DNA of 64,000 nucleotides from Gemmatimonadales bacterium (GTDB lineage Bacteria; Gemmatimonadota; Gemmatimonadetes; Gemmatimonadales; GWC2-71-9): assembly GCA_036390255.1 (NCBI GenBank), contig DASWCE010000089.1, positions 1,367 through 65,366 of the forward strand, written 5' to 3'. Below, in pieces: positions 29,732 to 37,189 of this stretch (its first letter is position 1; every line of letters starts with the position of its first letter). Both the position numbers and the translations under genes were made by a program. The notes beneath the pieces were generated by a model, which was not told where the DNA came from, did no database searches, and was given only the letters and a program-made list of their open reading frames with translations.

Positions 29732-31090
29732 TCACTTCCCCACGCAGAAGGCCGCAAACACGCGGTCGAGCACATCGTCTGGTGTAACCGCCCCGATCAA
29801 ATCATCGAGCACGAGGACGGCCGCGCGCAGGTGCGTCGCGGTTGCCGCGGCATCGACGCCCCGGGTGCGCGCGTCCCAGAACGCCTCGAGCTCCGCCAGG
29901 CCCCGCGCTAACGCGGCGCGATGCCGCGCGCGCGTCACCACTGGCTCGACGTCGCCAAGCGCGAGCAAGCGGCCGAAGGCGACTTCGGCCAGCTGCCTGC
30001 GGAGCTCGGGCAGTCCTTGCCCCGTGACGGTCGAGACACCTGCACCGCTCAAGTCGGCTTTTGTCTTCACCACGACGACCGGGGCACTGACCTGGGCGAG
30101 GAACGCCGCACGCGACGGATCGTCACGGTCTTCGCAATAGAGTACGAGGTCCGCGGCCGCCAGGTACTTCTTGCTGACTTCGATCCCGAGCCGTTCGACG
30201 CGCTCGCCCGCATCACGCAAGCCGGCGGTGTCCACCAGGCGAAATGGAAAGCCCTCGATGACGGCATGTGCCTCGATCGCGTCACGCGTCGTGCCCGGAA
30301 TCTCCGTAACGATCGCCCGCTCCGTGCCAAGCAGCGCGTTGAACAGCGACGACTTGCCGGCATTGGGGCGCCCCGCGATCACGAGCAGCGCGCCTTCACG
30401 CAGGCGTTCCCCCTCGGGGGCGGTCCGCAGCAACTCGGCGATGCGGCCCCGCACCACGTCCCACGCCCCACGCACCCGTTCCGGTGATACAGGGCCCTCA
30501 TCTTCTTCCGGAAAATCAATGTCGTAGGCGATCAGCGCCTCGAGCTCGAGAATCTCGGCGCGCAGTATCGTCAGGCGGTCGGACAGGCCGCGCTCCAGCT
30601 GCTGCAGCGCGCGCCGGCGCTGCGCCGGCGATCCCGCGTCGATGAGATCGGCTGTCGCTTCGGCTTGGAGCAGGTCCATCTTGCCGTTGAGGACCGCGCG
30701 CCGCGTGAACTCCCCGGGCGTGGCGAGGCGGGCCCCCGCGGTGACCAGCGCCGCGAGCGCGGCCGCGGGGACCAGCAGCCCCCCGTGTGTCGAGATCTCG
30801 ACGACATTCTCGCCGGTGTAGGAGTGCGGCGCCGGGAACGAAGCGGCGAGGCACTCGTCGATCGCCTCGCCGCAGTCCGGATGCTGGAGCCGGGCGCGGA
30901 AGACCGCGCGCGGCGTGGAATGAAACGGCTCGAGGCAGCGGGCCGCGATGGCGAACGCATCGCGGCCTGAGACGCGGATTAGTGCGAGGGCCGAGCGGCC
31001 GGGCGGCGTGGCGAGGGCAGCAATGACGTCGCTGAGCAGTCTAGGTCTTGGCCGGCACCGGCGGCCGTGCGCCGGCCACGGGCGCTTCAC
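29732..31090 (-). CDS. mnmE: tRNA modification GTPase MnmE
   Basis: DVIAALATPPGRSALALIRVSG N-domain, G-domain GRPNAGKSSLFNAL and DTAGLR, C-terminal CVGK. The GTG 31090 start overlaps yidC by 50 nt. CTG 31039, right after the yidC stop, would give the canonical N-terminus (see findings). Confidence 0.92.
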   Translation of the reverse strand: MKRPWPAHGRRCRPRPRLLSDVIAALATPPGRSALALIRVSGRDAFAIAARCLEPFHSTPRAVFRARLQHPDCGEAIDECLAASFPAPHSYTGENVVEISTHGGLLVPAAALAALVTAGARLATPGEFTRRAVLNGKMDLLQAEATADLIDAGSPAQRRRALQQLERGLSDRLTILRAEILELEALIAYDIDFPEEDEGPVSPERVRGAWDVVRGRIAELLRTAPEGERLREGALLVIAGRPNAGKSSLFNALLGTERAIVTEIPGTTRDAIEAHAVIEGFPFRLVDTAGLRDAGERVERLGIEVSKKYLAAADLVLYCEDRDDPSRAAFLAQVSAPVVVVKTKADLSGAGVSTVTGQGLPELRRQLAEVAFGRLLALGDVEPVVTRARHRAALARGLAELEAFWDARTRGVDAAATATHLRAAVLVLDDLIGAVTPDDVLDRVFAAFCVGK

Positions 31091-32726
31091 GCAGCCGGCG
31101 CTTCGCGATCAAGTACTGCTGCGGGATGCTGAAGATGTTCTGCGCCGCGTAATACAAGTTGAGCCCCGACGCAAAGTTCAAGAACAGCACCGTCATGAAG
31201 ATGGGCATGAAGTAGACCATCATCTTGGTCTGCGGGTTCGGCGGCACGCCAATCTGCCCCACCTTCGACAGCCCGAACATCGAGAGCCCGAGCAGGATCG
31301 GAATGATGCGGAACGGATCGGGCCGCGAGAGATCGGGGAGCCAGAGGAATGGCACGCCCCGGAAGACGATGGTGTTCGCGAAGACAAAGAAGAGCGCGAG
31401 CAAGACCGGCCAGGGCAGCAGCATCGGCAGACAGCCGCCGAACGGGTTGACCTTATACTCTTTGTAGACGCGCAGCATTTCGCGCTGCAGCCGTTCTGGA
31501 TCCTTGGCGTACTTCTCCTGCGTCTCCTTGAGCAGTGGCGCGACCGCCTGCATCCGAATCCCCGACTCCATGGCCTTCTGGTTCAAGGGCCACAGCGCCA
31601 GGCGCACGACGATGCCGAAGAGAATCAGCGCCCAGCCATAGGCCAGGTGCAGCCGCTCGTGCATCCAGAGCAGGATGCTGGTGACGAACAGTGACACCGG
31701 GCGAATGATCGGCCGGAAGATGCCGCCGTAGGGATTCGCGTCGTCCAGGCCGTGCCCCATCCGCCCCAATTGCCGATAGTCGAGCGGTCCCGTGTAGACG
31801 GAGTACCGGAATGTCCCGGCGGGCTGCACCGGCATGGTGATCAAGACGGTGGCACGCGAGGCGGCTCTACCGGTGCGTGGACCACCGATGGCGATCGCGC
31901 CGCCAAATGTCGGCTGGCCTTCGTCGAGCGCGAGCGCCGCCGTGAGGAAGTACTTGGACTTCACTCCGACCCACTCGAACGGTCCGTTGAGCAGCGCGCG
32001 CTGATTGGGACGAATGCTGGAAAAGTCCGTACGCTCCGTCTTGGATGCCTTCGTCACAACCGAGTAGTGGCGATAGTCGTCCAGCGAATCCTTCTCCACC
32101 GAACGCAACCCGCTGGCGAGGTCGATGAGCAGTACCGCACCACCGCTGCCGAGTCCCGTGACCGAGCCATGGACCTCGAAGCGGTACTCGTCCGGCACAA
32201 AGCTGTACTCGAGGGTCACGTGCGAGCCGGCGCGCTCGGCTTCGAAGCGTAGCGGGTTCGCGGTCTGCCCCGCCGACACGACGACTCCCGGCGCGTCGGG
32301 ACTCGGTTGGAAATCCCAATTGTCGAGCGACACCGTATCGCCGCTCGGCAGGACCAGGCGATGACGCAGGAACGCGTCGCCGTGGGGTACGAGCTGCACG
32401 GGCCGCACTGAATCGCCGGGAGCAAAGGACTGGTATTGCAGGAGTTCAGTGGAAACAAGCCGGCCGCCCTTGGTGCTAAAGCCCAACCGATACAGCGGGG
32501 ACGTGACCAACACGACGCGACCGGTATCGGACTCGGCGACGGCCGGACGGCCGGACGGCCGAGGGGCGATCACGTTCCCGGTGTCGACCTGAGCAGCCTT
32601 TGTTGTGTCTCCGGCCGTCGGGCCGACACGCCGTCCGGCTGGCTTCTTGGACGGCCAGATGATCGATGGTGCGATCGCCACGATCATCATCAGCACGAAT
32701 GCGAGGAGGAGGCGGTTCCTATCCAT
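31041..32726 (-). CDS. yidC: Membrane protein insertase YidC
   Basis: 561 aa. N-terminal TM, large periplasmic domain, and conserved C-terminal core ..QEKYAKDPERLQREMLRVYKEYKVNPFGGCLPMLLPWPVL.. Confidence 0.93.
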   Translation of the reverse strand: MDRNRLLLAFVLMMIVAIAPSIIWPSKKPAGRRVGPTAGDTTKAAQVDTGNVIAPRPSGRPAVAESDTGRVVLVTSPLYRLGFSTKGGRLVSTELLQYQSFAPGDSVRPVQLVPHGDAFLRHRLVLPSGDTVSLDNWDFQPSPDAPGVVVSAGQTANPLRFEAERAGSHVTLEYSFVPDEYRFEVHGSVTGLGSGGAVLLIDLASGLRSVEKDSLDDYRHYSVVTKASKTERTDFSSIRPNQRALLNGPFEWVGVKSKYFLTAALALDEGQPTFGGAIAIGGPRTGRAASRATVLITMPVQPAGTFRYSVYTGPLDYRQLGRMGHGLDDANPYGGIFRPIIRPVSLFVTSILLWMHERLHLAYGWALILFGIVVRLALWPLNQKAMESGIRMQAVAPLLKETQEKYAKDPERLQREMLRVYKEYKVNPFGGCLPMLLPWPVLLALFFVFANTIVFRGVPFLWLPDLSRPDPFRIIPILLGLSMFGLSKVGQIGVPPNPQTKMMVYFMPIFMTVLFLNFASGLNLYYAAQNIFSIPQQYLIAKRRLREAPVAGARPPVPAKT

Positions 32727-32953
32727 TACGGCACTGGATCATACCCGCCCGCATGGAACGGATGACATTTGAGAATCCGGCGGATGCCGAGCCACGAGCC
32801 TTTGAGCGCGCCATGGCGCGCGACGGCCTCGTAGGTGTAGCGCGAGCACGACGGCTCGAAGCGACACTGCGTGAACACGAGATGCGACAGCGTGAGCTGG
32901 TAGCCACGAATGAAAGCCATTACGGTCGCCCGCGGCAATCGTTGCAATGTCAC
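32726..32953 (-). CDS. yidD: Membrane protein insertion efficiency factor YidD
   Basis: 75 aa. [58 protein letters not shown]. Confidence 0.9.
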   Translation of the reverse strand: MTLQRLPRATVMAFIRGYQLTLSHLVFTQCRFEPSCSRYTYEAVARHGALKGSWLGIRRILKCHPFHAGGYDPVP

Positions 32954-33168
32954 GTCAGCGTCTCCACCGCGCCCGTCAATTCGGCGCGCAGCACTGCAAA
33001 TGAGGCGGTGTAAGCGGAACGCTTCGCGCGAATCACGAGATCGACCGAGGGCAGTTTACGTAAGACGTCGCGCCGCAGGATTTCCCGCAGCCGGCGCCGC
33101 AGCCGATTGCGCCGGGCGGCCGATGACTGATGACGCGGAACGATGAGTCCGAGACGCGCATGACCCAA
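32950..33168 (-). CDS. rnpA: RNase P protein component RnpA (minimal ORF from TTG 33168; conserved sequence continues upstream to 33288 without a canonical start)
   Basis: [31 protein letters not shown] matches the RnpA RNR motif region. Synteny rpmH-rnpA-yidD-yidC. The same frame upstream reads RITRGSELTACWEAGRRRRTQHLDLAW, like canonical RnpA N-termini. Confidence 0.8.
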   Translation of the reverse strand: MGHARLGLIVPRHQSSAARRNRLRRRLREILRRDVLRKLPSVDLVIRAKRSAYTASFAVLRAELTGAVETLT

Positions 33169-33288
33169 AGTGCTGTGACGCCAGGCGAGATCAAGATGTT
33201 GCGTGCGCCTGCGGCGACCAGCCTCCCAGCAGGCGGTGAGCTCCGAGCCGCGCGTGATGCGCGCGCGGCGCGGATACCGCTCGCGCGT

Positions 33289-33450
33289 TTACCGGCTCCG
33301 GTGTTTGGATGGAGAACGAACGGTGAGACGCTTGCGACCCTTCTTGCGCCGGCGAGACAGTGTCGCGCGGCCCCAGACCGTTTTCATCCGCGCGCGGAAT
33401 CCATGCTTATTGATGCGCCGCCGATTGCGCGGCCGGTACGTCGGACCCAT
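33289..33450 (-). CDS. rpmH: 50S ribosomal protein L34
   Basis: Not in the ORF track (53 aa). Reverse strand from ATG 33450: [53 protein letters not shown], stop TAA 33291-33289. GAGGAA lies 4 nt upstream of the ATG. Canonical position beside dnaA. Confidence 0.9.
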   Translation of the reverse strand: MGPTYRPRNRRRINKHGFRARMKTVWGRATLSRRRKKGRKRLTVRSPSKHRSR

Positions 33451-33506
33451 AAATTTCCTCGAGTAAGGCCGGGAAAGTTACCCGGCTCGCGACGCGCCGG
33501 TCAAGG

Positions 33507-33535
33507 TTGACTTTTCCACATGCGCCTCGTACTTT
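33507..33535 (+). promoter_or_regulatory. Candidate dnaA promoter (TTGACT-17 bp-TACTTT) with an embedded DnaA box TTTTCCACA
   Basis: TTGACT 33507-33512, TACTTT 33530-33535, spacer 17 bp. TTTTCCACA at 33512-33520 fits TTWTNCACA. Lies 46 nt upstream of the dnaA ATG. Confidence 0.45.
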
Positions 33536-33580
33536 CGGGCCGCCCTTGCTGGACGTCCTTCCTAGAATCCGAAAATCGTA

Positions 33581-34972
33581 ATGGAGCAATCGGTAAACGA
33601 AGCTTGGAAGCGCCTCCTCGACGAAGCTCGACGTGAACTTCCCGAGGCGACGGTGCGCACGTGGCTCGAGCCATCCGAGCCGATCGCGCTCGACGACGGG
33701 CGTCTGATCCTCGGCGCGCCCGATCAGTTCGCCGCGGAGTGGAACGAATCGAAGCACGCGGCGTTTCTGGCGCGCGCCGCCGAGCGCGTGCTGGGCCGGC
33801 CGACGACCGTCGTGTTCCGCGTGCAGGAGGATCGGCAGCGGCGCCCGCAGATGGATTTCTTCGTCGCGCCGCGCGAGAGCTCCGGGGTCGCAACGGTCTC
33901 TCCGGTCGCGACCACCCCGCTCAACGAACGCTACACCTTCCAGACGTTCGTCATCGGCAAGTCGAACGAGCTCGCCGCAGCCGCCGCGCACGCCGTCGCG
34001 GAAGCGCCCGGGAAGACGTACAACCCGCTGTTCATCTACGGCGCGACGGGACTCGGCAAGACGCATCTGATGCAGGCGATCGCGCACGCGGTGCTCGAGA
34101 AAAACCCCGAGACCCGGCTGCAGTACTTCGGCGCCGAGCAGTTCATCAACGACGTGATCGAATCGATTCACGCGCGCACGATGTCCGAGTTCCGCCGGCG
34201 CTACCGCAACGACGTGGATCTGCTCCTCGTCGACGATGTGCATTTCCTGGAAGGCAAGGAAATGACGCAGGAGGAGTTCTTCCACACCTTCAACGCGCTG
34301 TTCGAGGCGCACAAGCAGATCGTGCTCACGTCGGACCGGCCGCCGAAGGAAATCCCCGGCCTGGAAGACCGGCTCATTTCCCGCTTCGAGTGGGGCATGG
34401 TGGCCGATATCGGGCACCCCGATCTCGAGCACCGCATCGCCATTCTGCGAAAGAAGGCCGAGCAGGATCACCTCGAGCTCACCATTCCGGACGACGTGCT
34501 GCGCTTCATCGCGGAGCACATCCGCTCGAGCGTGCGCGAGCTGGAAGGTTGCATCATCAAGTTGCTGCTGTTCGCCTCGCTCAAGAATCGCGAGGTCACG
34601 ATCGAGCTTGCGCGCGACGCGCTCTCGGACAAGATCCGCCAGGGCGAAGACGGAGCCGGGTACGGCGGCGCGAGCGGGTCGGCGCCGAGCATCGATCGCG
34701 TCCAGGAGGTCGTGGCGCGCCGTTGGGGAGTGACGCCCGAAGGCCTGCGCTCCAAGGCGCGCACCAAGACGCTCACGATCCCGCGCCAGGTGGCGATGTA
34801 CCTCGCCCGCGACATGTTGGGGATGCAGCTGGTCGAGATCGGTCAGGCGTTCGGCGGCCGCGACCATTCCACCGTGATTCACAGCGTGGATAAGGTGGAG
34901 CGCCAAATGATGCGGGACCGGACCTTCAAGGAGCGCGTCGAGATGGCGCGGCAGGAATTGTCCGCACTGTAA
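33581..34972 (+). CDS. dnaA: Chromosomal replication initiator protein DnaA
   Basis: 463 aa. Walker A GATGLGKTHL, LLVDDVHFL, sensor motifs, and C-terminal DNA-binding IGQAFGGRDHSTVIHSVDKV. Confidence 0.97.
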   Translation: MEQSVNEAWKRLLDEARRELPEATVRTWLEPSEPIALDDGRLILGAPDQFAAEWNESKHAAFLARAAERVLGRPTTVVFRVQEDRQRRPQMDFFVAPRESSGVATVSPVATTPLNERYTFQTFVIGKSNELAAAAAHAVAEAPGKTYNPLFIYGATGLGKTHLMQAIAHAVLEKNPETRLQYFGAEQFINDVIESIHARTMSEFRRRYRNDVDLLLVDDVHFLEGKEMTQEEFFHTFNALFEAHKQIVLTSDRPPKEIPGLEDRLISRFEWGMVADIGHPDLEHRIAILRKKAEQDHLELTIPDDVLRFIAEHIRSSVRELEGCIIKLLLFASLKNREVTIELARDALSDKIRQGEDGAGYGGASGSAPSIDRVQEVVARRWGVTPEGLRSKARTKTLTIPRQVAMYLARDMLGMQLVEIGQAFGGRDHSTVIHSVDKVERQMMRDRTFKERVEMARQELSAL

Positions 34973-35212
34973 CTAACACAGCGGCGTGGGAAACAGCGCA
35001 GGATGTGGGTTGTGGGGACAATGACGCGGCTTTCCGCAAACCGCCAACAGTCCCAACAGTACACGAACATTAGATGAGGGAATACAGGTGATGCGCTGGT
35101 TGCGCTTTAGCGATATCACCCACATATCCCCGATGTCTACTACTACTACTAGTAGTTCTATATAGAGAAGAAGTAGTAAAGACTTTCCTCATTTGGAGAC
35201 GAAGCGCCCAGC
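34973..35212. other. Candidate oriC (dnaA-dnaN spacer with AT-rich unwinding element and DnaA-box-like motifs)
   Basis: AT-rich tract 35137-35185 in an otherwise GC-rich window. (TAC)4 and palindrome ACTACTAGTAGT at 35145-35156. Box-like 9-mers TGTGGGTTG 35004-35012, TGGGGACAA 35013-35021, TCACCCACA 35116-35124. Confidence 0.55.
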
Positions 35213-36325
35213 ATGAAGTTCACGATCACGCGGGAGCAGCTACAGGAAGGCTTGGCGGCGGTCGCGGCAGCGGTGCCGGCCAAAACGACGCTGCCGGTGC
35301 TTGCCAACGTGCTCGTCGAGGCGTCGAAATCAGGCGGCGGCCTACGGCTCTCAGGGACGGATCTCGACATCGCGGTGAGCACGACCGTTCCCGCGGAAGT
35401 GGACGCGGACGGCGCCGTTACGTTACCGGCGAAGAAGCTTGTCGATATCGCGCGTGAGCTCCCGGCAGGACCCGTCCGCGTGACCGCGGCGGGCGAAGCA
35501 CGCGTGTCGATTGAATCAGGTCGCTCCAAGTTCAAGCTCCTCGGCCTGCCGCGTGAAGAGTTTCCCTCCTTCCCCGTCGTCAAGTTCGAGAAGGCCTGGA
35601 AAGCGGCGGCCGGCGTGGTGCACAAACTCGTGGGGCATGTCGCCTTCGCCGCGTCGACCGAAGAGAGCCGGCCGATCCTGAACGGCGTGCTCTGGGAGCT
35701 GCGGCCCGACCGCATGCGGATGGTAGCGACCAATGGGCATCGCCTGGCCAAGATGGACGTCCCGGCGACCGGTGGATCCACAGCCGATCTCATCGTCCCG
35801 CCCAAGGCGCTGGAGCAGATTCGCCGGCTGTATTCCGCTGATGCTGAGATCGAGCTGGCCAAAAGCGACAACCACATCGGCTTCCGCGCCGGCGGCACAT
35901 TGGTGTTCTCGCGGCTGATCGAGGGACCGTATCCGAATTACGAGCAGGTAATCCCGCGCGAGAACGACAAGCAGGCGACGGTCGACAAGGCGGCCATGGC
36001 GGCGGCGCTGCGCCGCATGAGCGTCGTGGCCAGCGACCAGACGCATCGCATCCGGCTCGCGTTCTCCGGCGGCAACGTCAAGTTCTCGGTGCAGACGCCA
36101 GATCTTGGTGAAGCCCAGGACGAGCTCGCGGTCACCTACGAAGGCGAGCCGCTCGAGATCGGATTCAATGCGATGTATCTGCTCGAGATTCTCAAGTACA
36201 TGCCGACGGACGAAGTGCGTTTCACGTTCAAGGCTCCCGAGCGCGCCGCGACGATCGAACCGGTGGGCTGGAATGATCCCGCGTCCTACATGGCGCTGGT
36301 GATGCCACTACGGTTGGTAGACTAA
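35213..36325 (+). CDS. dnaN: DNA polymerase III beta sliding clamp
   Basis: 370 aa. MKFTITREQL.., three-domain length, C-terminal ..MALVMPLRL. Position after dnaA. Confidence 0.95.
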   Translation: MKFTITREQLQEGLAAVAAAVPAKTTLPVLANVLVEASKSGGGLRLSGTDLDIAVSTTVPAEVDADGAVTLPAKKLVDIARELPAGPVRVTAAGEARVSIESGRSKFKLLGLPREEFPSFPVVKFEKAWKAAAGVVHKLVGHVAFAASTEESRPILNGVLWELRPDRMRMVATNGHRLAKMDVPATGGSTADLIVPPKALEQIRRLYSADAEIELAKSDNHIGFRAGGTLVFSRLIEGPYPNYEQVIPRENDKQATVDKAAMAAALRRMSVVASDQTHRIRLAFSGGNVKFSVQTPDLGEAQDELAVTYEGEPLEIGFNAMYLLEILKYMPTDEVRFTFKAPERAATIEPVGWNDPASYMALVMPLRLVD

Positions 36326-36370
36326 GCGCGGACAATCACGACTCGACGCACGACGCACCGCGGGTTCGAG

Positions 36371-37189
36371 TCAACGGTGAACGGGACCACCCGAATCTGG
36401 GTGGTCCCGTGTTGTATCGGGAACCACCAACGTGTCGACGACCACCGTATCTAAGATTGGCGGGAGGACCGGTGGCTCGATTGCGGGAATCTCAGGGATC
36501 GAGTCCTCCAACGCCGGCGGGACTGGCGTGTTCCCCCCGTAATAGCGCGCGAGAATCAGGTCGCGCCGGGCGAGCATGCGCGCCGGCCGGAACGCGGGGT
36601 TGGATGTGCGCGGCTGCGGCAGGGTCGCGGCGAGGGCCGCGGCCTGCGCGTCGGTGAGCTGATCCGGCGTCACGCCGAAGTAGGCTTCACTCGCGGCGCT
36701 CACTCCCCACACGCCCGGCCCCAACTCGGCCACGTCGAGATACAGCGTCATGATCCGGTCTTTGCTCAACGCGACCTCGAGCCGGACCGCTGTCACCGCT
36801 TCCTTGAGTTTTCGCAACAACGAGCGCGACGGTGAGAGGTAGAGATTCTTGGCAAGCTGTTGCGTAATGGTGCTCGCGCCACGGTGTCCGCCCGCCGCCC
36901 AGGCATCGCGCAGCTCCACGAAATCAACCCCGTGATGCGTTTTGAACCGCGAGTCCTCGGCGATGATGACCATGCGCTCGAGCAGATGCGTGGTCGCACG
37001 AAGGCTCGGCCGCCCGTTCGTCCGCCGGCTCATCGCGCAATTGTCGCGCAGCCGCATCATCGCCGTGCAGCGCGGTTCGTGATCGCGCCACCAGATCGGT
37101 GGCGGCCAGACCATGAGTAACCACGCGAAAAAGAGCGCGCTGCTCACTAGCACAACGCGTCCCGCAATTCTAGCTTTTTGCACCGCCAT
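36371..37189 (-). CDS. mtgA: Monofunctional biosynthetic peptidoglycan transglycosylase (GT51)
   Basis: EDSRFKTHHGVD, GASTITQQLAKNLYLS, RKLKEAVTAVRLE GT51 motifs. Start ATG 37189 (MAVQKARIAGRVVLVSSALFFAWLLMVW, TM helix). The ORF track's extension to 37420 is antisense to the kinase gene. Confidence 0.85.
   Translation of the reverse strand: MAVQKARIAGRVVLVSSALFFAWLLMVWPPPIWWRDHEPRCTAMMRLRDNCAMSRRTNGRPSLRATTHLLERMVIIAEDSRFKTHHGVDFVELRDAWAAGGHRGASTITQQLAKNLYLSPSRSLLRKLKEAVTAVRLEVALSKDRIMTLYLDVAELGPGVWGVSAASEAYFGVTPDQLTDAQAAALAATLPQPRTSNPAFRPARMLARRDLILARYYGGNTPVPPALEDSIPEIPAIEPPVLPPILDTVVVDTLVVPDTTRDHPDSGGPVHR
36383..36420 (+). terminator. Hairpin plus U-rich tail, candidate dnaN terminator lying inside the 3' end of convergent mtgA
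   Basis: Perfect 10-bp stem GGGACCACCC (36383-36392) / GGGTGGTCCC (36399-36408), loop GAATCT, then GTGTTGTATCGG. Confidence 0.4.

Noticed and set aside
34885-34893. CGTGGATAA, 8/9 to the DnaA box TGTGGATAA, inside the 3' end of dnaA.
   Set aside because: It encodes the conserved DnaA C-terminal peptide SVDKV, so codon constraint explains it. A single isolated box in coding sequence is not evidence for a functional site, though it could contribute to the nearby origin.
33407-34906. Very long antisense ORFs: 499 aa opposite dnaA here, 615 aa at 20859-22706 opposite mutS, 735 aa at 7518-9725 opposite the BNR gene, and many 100-300 aa Arg/Pro/Ala-rich ORFs throughout the track.
   Set aside because: In DNA this GC-rich, stop codons are rare in non-coding frames. 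The opposite strands carry unmistakable catalytic motifs, and the antisense products are low-complexity Arg/Ala/Pro/Gly strings with no motifs.
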